Part shown: one piece after another, positions 30,012-39,190 of the stretch
Position numbering within the stretch: the first letter of the stretch is position 1
Layout of the letters: the number at the start of each line of letters is the position of its first letter
Assembly (NCBI GenBank): GCA_043778225.1
Contig: JAYWGM010000056.1
Location: 1 to 64,000, forward strand
Source of the DNA: Deinococcales bacterium
GTDB lineage: Bacteria; Deinococcota; Deinococci; Deinococcales; JAAFIG01
Length of the DNA stretch: 64,000 bases
Reading direction: 5' to 3'
Program-made: the position numbers and the translations under genes
The notes under the pieces: generated by a model
Databases searched by the model: none
The model's input: only the letters and a program-made list of their open reading frames with translations
What the model was told of the DNA's origin: nothing

Positions 30012-31370
30012 ATGGCTTGGATGGTCGTGAATTGGTCGGAATTCATGACCGTCCAAATGGGAGGCAGTGTGTTGAATCTCGAGATACGCCCAAACACCAT
30101 TTACTTAAACCAGCAACCGTTGCTACTGACCCAGCCATGGCTCGAGCTTCTACAACTGGCAGCCCTGCACACCCTCGAGTCACCCCCAGACCTAACCCCG
30201 CTTGATGTCCAACAACTCCCCAGTTGGCGTGCTAAATCTGTTGAAGTGATTAAATCCAGCCTGTCTCGAGAACACAAAAAATGGGTCAGACTATACGGCG
30301 TATCGTTTCTAACTGGACAACTCGGTAAAGCCTTTAGGCTAAATCCAGAATTAACCCCAGTGCTGACTGAATCTGTTGCGGCACTCCAAGAAAAACTGCG
30401 CCCAAAAAGCAATTTACTGGCAAAACTCGAGAACCCAGAAGCCGAAGTCCAAGCCAACCTGATGCTGGCAAAACTGAGTATCGAAAATGGTTTACTCGAG
30501 AAAGCCTTGGTTGCAATCCAAAACGCCCTCAATGCCAACGCCAGCCCAGTGTTAAAACAAGAAGCCTTATTTTATCAAGCTCGAGTCTACGAATTTAGAA
30601 GTGAATTTACCGTAGCGCACCAAAGCCTACAGCGCTTAAAAAAGTGCCTCGAATGGCACGAAAAAAACAATTCGCCCAGCCACCCTCGAGCCAAGGCATG
30701 GTTTCAGATTGGAACAGCCCGAATTTATTTGCGCCAAGCCCAGTGGCAAGAAGCCAAAAGCGCCTACTTAGCAGCCAAAAAATACCTCGAGCCACACCAT
30801 TACCGTGAATTGGGGATGGTTTTTAATGGGCTTGGCAGGGTTGCTCAGAACACCACCCATCTGGATGTTGCCCAAAAACACTACGAACAAGCGCTCGAGT
30901 TTTACCACCGTGCCGAGTGGACTTGGGCGGTTCAAGCCACGCTCAACGATTGCGGCGTGGTCTACAAGGAGCGTTGCAAGCTAATCTGGAAGCGCCAAAA
31001 TCACCAAGCCCAGAAGCACCTCGAGCAAGCCTTTAGGTACTTTACGCTCTGCCAGCAAAATTGCGAAGCTGCCCAGACGGGCGATGAAAGTGCGGTACTC
31101 GAGATTAACCTTGGCTGGTGCTACCGAATGTTTGAACAATTTGACCTTGCCCGCCAGTGGCTTGAGAAAGCCGTGCAGTTGGCAACAAAAGCCCGCAATT
31201 TATCGGATTTGGGCTGGGCGTATATGGAATACGCCGAACTCGAGTTGGTGACCAATGGCAAGCTGGCGGCGGCAGAAATGTACAGCCGTGCTTGTGGTGC
31301 GTTTGAAGATGGGCAGATTGATTCGGCTCGAGACTTGGCTAAATACAAACTTGAGGAGATGCTGAGGTGA
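30012..31370 (+). CDS. N-terminal winged-helix-like plus TPR-repeat protein (alternative start 30069 after GGAGG)
   Basis: TPR motifs (FNGLGRVA, HYEQALEFY, INLGWCY); N-terminal helix-turn-wing pattern. Confidence 0.65.
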   Translation: MAWMVVNWSEFMTVQMGGSVLNLEIRPNTIYLNQQPLLLTQPWLELLQLAALHTLESPPDLTPLDVQQLPSWRAKSVEVIKSSLSREHKKWVRLYGVSFLTGQLGKAFRLNPELTPVLTESVAALQEKLRPKSNLLAKLENPEAEVQANLMLAKLSIENGLLEKALVAIQNALNANASPVLKQEALFYQARVYEFRSEFTVAHQSLQRLKKCLEWHEKNNSPSHPRAKAWFQIGTARIYLRQAQWQEAKSAYLAAKKYLEPHHYRELGMVFNGLGRVAQNTTHLDVAQKHYEQALEFYHRAEWTWAVQATLNDCGVVYKERCKLIWKRQNHQAQKHLEQAFRYFTLCQQNCEAAQTGDESAVLEINLGWCYRMFEQFDLARQWLEKAVQLATKARNLSDLGWAYMEYAELELVTNGKLAAAEMYSRACGAFEDGQIDSARDLAKYKLEEMLR

Positions 31371-31450
31371 AGCTAACCGCCATACTCGAGATTGGCGATA
31401 GCACTGGCAAGCTTGAGCCAAAATAGTCACACTTTGCATTATCAGGAGGT

Positions 31451-31510
31451 TTATGTACTCGGACGGTTCACCCGCACCAGTGGAATATTTTCGTTGGCGT
31501 ATAAGTTCAC
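31451..31510 (-). pseudogene. DUF5615 (PIN-like toxin) remnant, internally deleted to 19 codons
   Basis: GTGA overlap with the DUF433 stop; reads MNLYANENIPLVRVNRPST*, resembling the family's N-terminus joined to its C-terminus. Confidence 0.7.
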
Positions 31511-31833
31511 GCTGCCTCGTTGAGAATAATGTCTTGTTCAATTTGTTCTTTGTGCATGGCTGCAAATGCCCAAGTGTTGGTCAAATCCTCGGCTCGCAAA
31601 CTTGGGTAATCGCGCAACAAATCTGCTTCGGACGCACCAGCCCGACGCAGGGCAACCAGCAACCAAACAGGAACTCGAGTCCGAACCACACAAACCTCAC
31701 CGCCGTTGATATTTGGGCGTTCTTCGATGCCAGCGTAAGCACCTTGCCAGTCTTTTGTGACCCATTGCAGCACAAGGGCTTTCTCGGCAGGACTGAGCCT
31801 AAAAATTAGGTTTTGCATTTCTTGTAACGACAT
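31507..31833 (-). CDS. DUF433 domain protein (putative antitoxin)
   Basis: GIEERPNINGGEVCVVRTRVPVW...LLRDYPSL; leaderless TACCCT-N7-ATG. Confidence 0.88.
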   Translation of the reverse strand: MSLQEMQNLIFRLSPAEKALVLQWVTKDWQGAYAGIEERPNINGGEVCVVRTRVPVWLLVALRRAGASEADLLRDYPSLRAEDLTNTWAFAAMHKEQIEQDIILNEAA

Positions 31834-32053
31834 GACTAGGAGGGTAAACGCCTTGGCTTTGAATGTCAAGAAGTGGCGTTTTTTTAAGAGGAAGTAAGGC
31901 AGTTGGTCAGTGGTACACCATCTCGAGGAGATGCTGAGATGAATGTTACCACCTGAGGCAAGCAAAAATCAGAGGTTTTATAAAGTTGTTACTGAATAAA
32001 AGTGCAATCTGTGCGTATTGTGGGAAAATACCGAGGAATCGAAAGGGGAGTAT

Positions 32054-35000
32054 ATGAACAAATGGTTTATTGGCATTGGTTTAAGTCTGGCATTGGTGGC
32101 GTGTCCAGCCGTACCAACGATTGAGAGTGTCAAAATAAAATCTGCGTTCAATACAGTTGCGGCTACCGAAACTACCAATTTGGCTATTGAAGTAAAGGGT
32201 TCAGGTGCTTTTGATGCTCGAGTAGACTGGAGTATCGTTCCAAGTCTTGGAAGTGTTACCGCCCAAAGCGAAACCCAAGCCATATACACTGCACCACTTG
32301 TCTCGAGTGACACCAACATCGTTATTCGTGCCACCTCAAAACTCGATCCAAGTAAATTCGGTGAAACTACCATTCAAATAAAAGCACCAACAATTACTAG
32401 CCTTACTGCAACACCAAGCAAAACAACCCTCGAGAGTGAAGAAACCACTTCTATCAGTGCAAAACTCGAGGGAACAGGTGCATTCAATACAGATGTACTC
32501 TGGTCAGTTGTGTCTGGTGGAGGTAGTTTATCAAGTGGCACAGGTAATCCAGTTAATTACACATCCCCAAAAGTTGGAGTAGATACAGATGTGGTACTGC
32601 AAGCCACTGCCGTAGGTGACAACAGCAAAAAACAGAATGTATCGCTAAAAGTTTTAACAGCTAAAATTATAACTGGAATCACCTTAGAGGCAACCCCACG
32701 CTCAATCCCATCAGCAACAGGAACAAGCAATATCACAGCAACAGTCAATGGTACAGGCGCAATTCTAAATGCGGTGACATGGGAAATCGTTAGTGGTGGC
32801 GGAAACCTCATTAACCCGACAGATACCAATGTAACCTACACAGCACCCACTGTTTCGGTAGATACCATCGTGACCATCAAAGCCACCAGCAAAGCTAACC
32901 CCAGCCAGAGTGCCACAATTACCCTGAGTGTGGTCATTCCGCCAGTGGTTTCTGGTATCAACTTGACCGCAACACCAAACAGTATTGTTGCCACTACAGG
33001 CGTGAGTACCATCAGTTCGACAATTATTGGCTCTGGTTCGATTCAAAATGCAGTGACATGGGAAATCGTTAGCGGTGGCGGAACACTCAGCAATGCCACA
33101 GATACCAGCGTGACTTTTACTGCTCCAAATGTGACCGTAGAAACCATTGTTACCATTAGAGCCACCAGCAAAACTGACTCGAGTAAAACAGCCACAACCA
33201 CCATTACAGTCACAATCCCAACGGTGGTCTCCGGTATTACCCTAAGTGCAACAGCCCGTACCATTGCATCCGGAACGGGTAGCAGCACCATCAGTGCAGT
33301 AATAACGGGTTCTGGCACATTCCAGAACGCAGTGACATGGGAGATTGCCAGTGGTGGCGGAACACTTAGCAATTCTACAGATACCAGCGTGACCTACACT
33401 GCACCCAGCATTGTTCAAGACACCATTGCGACCTTAAAAGCCACCAGTAAAACCGACTTGAGCAAAACCGACACGATAAGTTTAATTGTGATCGCACCAA
33501 CTGTAGTAAATAGTGTCCAAGTGACTTCTACCCCAAGCATTATTAAGTCAAATGCCACAACAACCCTGAGTGCCGTTATCAGTGGCACAGGCAACCCAAA
33601 TCCAAATGCCAAATGGGAAATTGTAAGTGGTGGTGGGGCGCTCAGTTCAGTATCAGGTGCAAGTGTGACCTATGCGCCAGCCGTGGTGACTACAGACACT
33701 AACGTGGTAATTAAAGCCACCTCGAGCGACGATGCCAGCAAGTCCGCCAGCAAAACCGTGGTGGTTGAACCTATTCCAACAATTACTGGGATTAGTGTTT
33801 CGATGCCATTTACCACCGTTCAAGCAAATGGCAGTATTGCTTTAGGTGCGAGTATCACTGGTTATGGGAATCCTGATTTAAGTGTCAAATGGAGTGTTGT
33901 AGGCAATCAAGGCACGTTGACCAATACAACAGGTGCCGCTACAACCTTGAACGCCCCAAATGTAACCGCTCAAACCAAAATTCAAATCAAAGCTGAAAGT
34001 GTCCAGGACTCGAGTAAATCCACCTTGACAGAAATAACAATCAATCCCAAACCACCCATCGAAGTGATTACAACCCCAGCCAGTGTTAGTGTTAATGCTA
34101 CCCAAGCAGTAGCGATAAGCGCAGTCGTGAATTACGCTCAAAATGCAAGCGTGGCTTGGACAAGTTCGATAGGAATACTTACACCAAATGGTAACTCTGC
34201 GATATGGAAAGCCCCAAATGTTTTGGTGGATACAACAGCCACCATTACAGCCACTTCTATAGAGGACTCGAGCAAAAAAACAACCATCAGTGTCAACATT
34301 AAAGCGGCTGTCATTGAGGTTTATGCACTACCATTGCATCCAGCTTACAACGATGCGGGTTTTAACTTTGGAACTGGGGTGAGTCCAGCCAGTATTGCTG
34401 TAGCGTATGGTATTCATTTTCACTTGGCGGCTCGAGCCAATGGCGAAAGTATAGGTGGTACATGGGCTGTTGGAAACGCTGGAATTGTTCAACTAATGTC
34501 TACAAACACAACCAATGGCTCGGCAAACGTAGCACGATTTGTTGGTAGAGGTATTGGTCAAAGTAGCACCGTTACATTTACAGCACCAGGTGGTCAACAA
34601 CGACAAATTCAAGCCAATATTGGAGCAATAGAACCCAAGCGACTACCAACCGCCTGTGCCAATGGCGATGGTGGTTATGTTGCCATTCGTCCAGATGGAC
34701 GATACGTTATCAGTGGTAACCTCAATGGTTTAGGACTGCCCAATATTTCGGGAGTGGTTTCCGAAACAATACTTGGTTCAGCTACATCCAGAACTTTGCG
34801 CGGTTGTATTACAGGCATCAACACCATTACCTTATTAACAACTGACCCAAGTGTTTCTTATACATCGGGGGAATTCAACTTAACAGGCAGTAACTTACAA
34901 GCCCTGACTGAAACGAGACACTGTCCTATTCTGAGCGTCCAACAAAAATACTATACAGGTCATTTGGTATGTCAAGATCGTACTGGTTTGGCATGGGGTG

Positions 35001-37222
35001 CAAATTACAATGGTCAATTTGGAGCAGATTTACCACTGGATGGTACAAAACGAGCCTTGCGTTCAAATGGCGGAAGTGGCTTTGCTTGGATTACAACCAC
35101 CGAACAATACTCGGTTGGGATGCAATGGAATGGTGCAGCTTGGGCAACAGGTAACTGGTTTCATAACTGGGCGGACAACGGCGGTACGGGCGATAGTCGA
35201 AACTGGGAATATGTACCTGTTCTTAATAGCATGGTTTCGTGTGATATAGACAATGAATTAACCGTTTGCATACCTCCAGAACGAACCCAACTGATTATTC
35301 ATGGAGTTGGCACAAGTGGCAACCGCACAGGAAAATTACACTACCGCCCCGAAGCCTTTGCAATTCCGACAGGAGAAATTGCCGTTGCGGTAGCCGTTGG
35401 TCAAGAAAGTATATTGCTGCTGACAGAAACTGGTGTTTACCGCCGTGGGGTACTGGGTATTTCACCAACCCAACCATCTTGCGGATGCTGGGAACGGGTC
35501 AGCAACATTACTGGAACACCTGTAGAAATAGCAGCTACAAAAGCGTGGTACATCATCAAAACCACAGATGGCGCATACCGAAATACCAACGGAAATTCGG
35601 GATTCATGCCAATGAATGCTGTAAACCCAGATGCAACTTTTGTGGTCGAACCACCTAGCGTTAATTTACTTCAACGTGTGATGAGTGTTGCCCAAATAAG
35701 TTTAGCGGGATTTAGCAACAACGAATTTTACGTTGCCTCGCAAGACTCGAGTGTTGAAACCGAAATTGGAAATTGGATCAATGGCAAAAGAGAACTGCGC
35801 CTTCACTGTACCAAATCAGGCGTGAGTACCAACGTGATTATCACCCATAAAATCTTCCCGAATATCACAAAAGCCATACCTGTAACCTGCACAGGCAATC
35901 AAAATCCACGAATTGTTCGTTTTTACGAACGCAATAACAACATAAACCCTAAGCCGTGGGACAGCCTAAAACTACAATGGCAAATTGAAGAACCCGAAGG
36001 TCAATCCATGACTTGTAAACTTGACTTGGATGGTAATGGAACTTGGGATCATACTCAAAGTAATTGCAATGACAGTCTGGATTACTCCCATGTTTGGAAC
36101 AACACACAATCAGGAGCGCAAAACATTAAATTGCGAGTTGAAGACACCTATGGCGGGGCAGCAGAAGTTTATCTGGGTTTCACAGTTCAATCCACCAATA
36201 AAGCCCCTGTAATCTCGAGTTTCACTGTTACCCCCTCGAGTGGTACAGCGCCAATAACCGTAACCTATAACTGGTCTGTCTCCGACCCAGACAACGACCC
36301 AACAACTTGTCAGTTAGATACCAATGGCGATGGCACATATGAGTATTCTTACCCCTGCTCGAGCCGTAATTCGCAAACGCACACGTTTAACAATAATGGC
36401 AGTTACACCTCGAGAATCCGCGTGACAGATGGGCGCGGCGGGGAATTCAGTGCTTCTCGAGTGGTGAGTTTATCAGAGGCTATAGTCCCTCAGCCATTAA
36501 ACGTGATTTTTGATGCGTCTGGTTTATCTGGACTTATTTCAATAAATGTACAAACATCAGATCAATCTGCAACGTGCATACTTTTTATCGCAGTACCGTA
36601 CCAAAAAAGAATAGTTCCATGCAATACTTCTGATTACATAATTGAAGTTGACGCAAGATCGTATGACTTAGCGCTTAGTATTTATAATAGTACATCAAGT
36701 AAAATAGTGGTTAAGAACGTTAATGTCACAACCTCTCAGCAGGAAGAATTCTCGGCAACTCAAAATATGCCGCTTGTCAATCTAGGCGTTCCAGAGAATA
36801 TAGACTTAAACAAACTTTCAATCTGCTTATCGAAAAGCTTTTTTCTTGAACTTATAGAATCTTTGCTCTTAGTTCAAGAAATAAAAACAGGACGTTCGTA
36901 TGATTTTCAAAATTACTCTTCACAAATCTTAGCTGCGGCAGCAGAAAGTCCATCTGCGCTTGATCAAGCCTATTTGGATATTATCAAAGAAATAGGCTTC
37001 GATTTTGCTGTTTCAGAAACCAAACTCAAAATCCTTGATTTACGAACTGGTGCCGCTAAATTAGCCGCCGGAAAGCTATTGAATTATAATACATTCACTA
37101 AATGGGGAAGAAACGCATTTAGATCAGTCGGTCCAACGCTACGTGTGGGTGCTGGTAAAATTTTTATTGGAATTACGGTAGTAAAAGTTTCATTTGAAGC
37201 TGGAAGATGCTACGCATCTTAA
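32054..37222 (+). CDS. Giant surface lipoprotein: 8 Ig-like repeats, RCC1-like region, 2 PKD-like domains, divergent C-terminus
   Basis: Lipobox LVAC; 93-aa repeats VTWEIVSGGG (279-bp period at 32771, 33050, 33329); AWGANYNGQFG; DLDGNG and DTNGDG motifs. Confidence 0.85.
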   Translation: MNKWFIGIGLSLALVACPAVPTIESVKIKSAFNTVAATETTNLAIEVKGSGAFDARVDWSIVPSLGSVTAQSETQAIYTAPLVSSDTNIVIRATSKLDPSKFGETTIQIKAPTITSLTATPSKTTLESEETTSISAKLEGTGAFNTDVLWSVVSGGGSLSSGTGNPVNYTSPKVGVDTDVVLQATAVGDNSKKQNVSLKVLTAKIITGITLEATPRSIPSATGTSNITATVNGTGAILNAVTWEIVSGGGNLINPTDTNVTYTAPTVSVDTIVTIKATSKANPSQSATITLSVVIPPVVSGINLTATPNSIVATTGVSTISSTIIGSGSIQNAVTWEIVSGGGTLSNATDTSVTFTAPNVTVETIVTIRATSKTDSSKTATTTITVTIPTVVSGITLSATARTIASGTGSSTISAVITGSGTFQNAVTWEIASGGGTLSNSTDTSVTYTAPSIVQDTIATLKATSKTDLSKTDTISLIVIAPTVVNSVQVTSTPSIIKSNATTTLSAVISGTGNPNPNAKWEIVSGGGALSSVSGASVTYAPAVVTTDTNVVIKATSSDDASKSASKTVVVEPIPTITGISVSMPFTTVQANGSIALGASITGYGNPDLSVKWSVVGNQGTLTNTTGAATTLNAPNVTAQTKIQIKAESVQDSSKSTLTEITINPKPPIEVITTPASVSVNATQAVAISAVVNYAQNASVAWTSSIGILTPNGNSAIWKAPNVLVDTTATITATSIEDSSKKTTISVNIKAAVIEVYALPLHPAYNDAGFNFGTGVSPASIAVAYGIHFHLAARANGESIGGTWAVGNAGIVQLMSTNTTNGSANVARFVGRGIGQSSTVTFTAPGGQQRQIQANIGAIEPKRLPTACANGDGGYVAIRPDGRYVISGNLNGLGLPNISGVVSETILGSATSRTLRGCITGINTITLLTTDPSVSYTSGEFNLTGSNLQALTETRHCPILSVQQKYYTGHLVCQDRTGLAWGANYNGQFGADLPLDGTKRALRSNGGSGFAWITTTEQYSVGMQWNGAAWATGNWFHNWADNGGTGDSRNWEYVPVLNSMVSCDIDNELTVCIPPERTQLIIHGVGTSGNRTGKLHYRPEAFAIPTGEIAVAVAVGQESILLLTETGVYRRGVLGISPTQPSCGCWERVSNITGTPVEIAATKAWYIIKTTDGAYRNTNGNSGFMPMNAVNPDATFVVEPPSVNLLQRVMSVAQISLAGFSNNEFYVASQDSSVETEIGNWINGKRELRLHCTKSGVSTNVIITHKIFPNITKAIPVTCTGNQNPRIVRFYERNNNINPKPWDSLKLQWQIEEPEGQSMTCKLDLDGNGTWDHTQSNCNDSLDYSHVWNNTQSGAQNIKLRVEDTYGGAAEVYLGFTVQSTNKAPVISSFTVTPSSGTAPITVTYNWSVSDPDNDPTTCQLDTNGDGTYEYSYPCSSRNSQTHTFNNNGSYTSRIRVTDGRGGEFSASRVVSLSEAIVPQPLNVIFDASGLSGLISINVQTSDQSATCILFIAVPYQKRIVPCNTSDYIIEVDARSYDLALSIYNSTSSKIVVKNVNVTTSQQEEFSATQNMPLVNLGVPENIDLNKLSICLSKSFFLELIESLLLVQEIKTGRSYDFQNYSSQILAAAAESPSALDQAYLDIIKEIGFDFAVSETKLKILDLRTGAAKLAAGKLLNYNTFTKWGRNAFRSVGPTLRVGAGKIFIGITVVKVSFEAGRCYAS

Positions 37223-37356
37223 ATCAAATACTTTGAGCCAATGCTTGAGAGGCGTAGGGCGTTTAAAATTCGCCCTTTTACATTCCCACTAGCACGCATC
37301 CCTCGAGACTGCCAAACCGCCTAGGCTTATGCACTCGGCTCAACGGAGATTAAAAA

Positions 37357-37647
37357 ATGGCAAATTCTAAAAAATTAAGCGAGCCAGACCAAATAGACAC
37401 AAATTCCACCCGAGACACTGCAACACAAGAACCCTTTGTAGAACTAGAAACAGACCCCAGAATTGCGGAAATAAGAAGTAAAATTTTGGATACCAAAGAA
37501 AACCTTGAGGCTTTTCTCGAACAATATCCAAATACGACTCTGTTGTTGATGCACCTCGAGAAAGTCCGAGTGGCTTTTAAGGTTCCGCCTTATCTGCAAA
37601 TTTTCGAGGATGGCACAGTAGTAGATACACGTGGTTCACAGAATTAA
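37357..37647 (+). CDS. Hypothetical protein
   Basis: GGAG RBS, ATG, acidic 96 aa. Confidence 0.55.
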   Translation: MANSKKLSEPDQIDTNSTRDTATQEPFVELETDPRIAEIRSKILDTKENLEAFLEQYPNTTLLLMHLEKVRVAFKVPPYLQIFEDGTVVDTRGSQN

Positions 37648-37713
37648 ACTATCGGCTCGAGTTTCTACATGGCTTTGGCTCGAGCCACGGCGGTTACGTT
37701 GTATACTGGTTTC

Positions 37714-38124
37714 ATGGCTCGAGACACTTTTCACCAAGCAGTACGAATTGCCCTCGAGAAAGCTGGTTGGCTCATCACTCATGACCCTTTTTCTTTTGAA
37801 TTTGGTGATACTAACTTTGAAATTGACCTTGGTGCAGAATCCCTTATCGCGGCTGAACGTGAAGCGGAGTTAATCGCCGTTGAGATTAAAAGTTTTTTGT
37901 CTAAGTCTGCGTTATTTGATTTTCACTTAGCGCTTGGGCAGTTCTTGAATTATCGGTTTGCCCTCGAGCAAACCGACCCCAAACGCAAATTGTTTTTGGC
38001 GATTCCCGAAGATGCTTACTTCGATTTTTTCCAACGTCCTTTTGTGCAAAAAATCCTTACACATCACAGTGTTGCGTTAATTGTCTACAATGCTCAGTCA
38101 GAGGTGATTTTGCTATGGCTATAA
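37714..38124 (+). CDS. xisH: XisH family protein
   Basis: MARDTFHQAVRIALEKAGWLITHDP, IDLGAE, AVEIKSF, ALGQFLNY; leaderless TATACT-N6-ATG. Confidence 0.93.
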   Translation: MARDTFHQAVRIALEKAGWLITHDPFSFEFGDTNFEIDLGAESLIAAEREAELIAVEIKSFLSKSALFDFHLALGQFLNYRFALEQTDPKRKLFLAIPEDAYFDFFQRPFVQKILTHHSVALIVYNAQSEVILLWL

Positions 38125-38450
38125 ATTTACAAGCGGCTATCCATGCTGTTTTTGATAATCTCAAAGGGCGCAATGTGCAATTGTCTAATGGTATTGAACG
38201 CCAATTTCTGCTCGATGATATAAACGGGCATTATCAGCTTTTGCATATTGGCTGGGATGGCTTAAAACCAGTTCGTAATATTTTGGTTCATATGGATATT
38301 AAATCAGATTTAATTTGGGTTCAGTGTGATTACACTGAGTATCAAATTGTGGATTTATTACTCGAGCAGGGCTTAACACAGCAGCAAATCGTGCTGGCTT
38401 TTCATGCACCTTATAAGCGTCAGTACACGGGTTTTGCACTTGGTCAATGA
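38115..38450 (+). CDS. xisI: XisI family protein
   Basis: HYQLLHIGW, HMDIK..LIWVQCDYTE, IVLAFHAPYKRQYTGFA. Confidence 0.93.
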   Translation: MAINLQAAIHAVFDNLKGRNVQLSNGIERQFLLDDINGHYQLLHIGWDGLKPVRNILVHMDIKSDLIWVQCDYTEYQIVDLLLEQGLTQQQIVLAFHAPYKRQYTGFALGQ

Positions 38451-38452
38451 CA

Positions 38453-38602
38453 TTATTTGTTCTCGCGCAGGTGTAAAAGGAGTTTATCAAGGTCAAGGCT
38501 TTGACTTTTAAGAACACGTAGCGGAGGTCGTTGCAAGCCTGCAAATCCTTTCTTTTCGGATGTTTGGGGTTGTACTTTTGGGGTTTTGAGGGTCGTGTTC
38601 AT
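38453..38602 (-). CDS. Small leaderless protein (49 aa), antitoxin-like
   Basis: TACACT-N7-ATG; MNTTLKTPKVQPQTSEKKGFAGLQRPPLRVLKSQSLDLDKLLLHLRENK*. Confidence 0.5.
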   Translation of the reverse strand: MNTTLKTPKVQPQTSEKKGFAGLQRPPLRVLKSQSLDLDKLLLHLRENK

Positions 38603-38731
38603 GGTACAAAGTGTAGTCTTTTTTGGTCATTTGCTCAAGTATCAGCACTTATGCACTTCTCGAGTTCTGTACGGCTTTGGCTCATGCGTATGGCTCGAGT
38701 TTGTTCTACTTCGATTATTTGGCGACATCAG

Positions 38732-39133
38732 TTAGCCAGATTCAGCAAATAAACTTGACTGTGGCTCTTGGGGTTGCGTGGCTCGAGGTGGGCTGCTGCG
38801 TTTTTTGGCTGGCTCGAGCAGCAACGTTTTGGTCGGTTTTGAAACCCTCGTTCGAAGTGGCGGCACTTGTATCACGACCTCTGGTACTAGGGTCGTTTCA
38901 AGACTGGTCTCGAGCAATGCCTTGGCTTTGGCGCGGCGAGCTTCAGGTGGCAGATGCCCCGCCCGCCAACCACGGTTACAAGCATGACACCAATAGGCTT
39001 GGTCGCCATCACGGGTGTCTTTGAGCATCAGGGCAGCCATGCAGATGGGACACCCAAGATTGAAGCCATGTCCCGAGACTCGCTCGACTGAATTGGTTTT
39101 GAAGCTGATTGGTTTAGAAGTAAGACGACCCAT
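38732..39133 (-). CDS. Hypothetical zinc-ribbon protein
   Basis: CPIC...CHAC; TATAAT 9 nt upstream of ATG. Confidence 0.65.
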   Translation of the reverse strand: MGRLTSKPISFKTNSVERVSGHGFNLGCPICMAALMLKDTRDGDQAYWCHACNRGWRAGHLPPEARRAKAKALLETSLETTLVPEVVIQVPPLRTRVSKPTKTLLLEPAKKRSSPPRATQPQEPQSSLFAESG

Positions 39134-39190
39134 AGTGATATGATTATAACGTATAAAGGGGTATAAATTTCAAGAGGAGCGTATAGCTGC

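Noticed and set aside
31453..31809. 118-aa plus-strand ORF with AGGAGG upstream
   Set aside because: Antisense shadow of DUF433 and the DUF5615 remnant; SD only 3 nt from ATG; no recognisable motifs
31900..31960. Riboswitch upstream of the giant lipoprotein (GTGGTA...TACCAC stem)
   Set aside because: An imperfect stem exists, but it matches no c-di-GMP or other consensus I can recognise and has no expression platform
26300..38700. Prophage or integrative element
   Set aside because: No integrase, transposase, phage structural genes or flanking att repeats were seen; treated only as an accessory region
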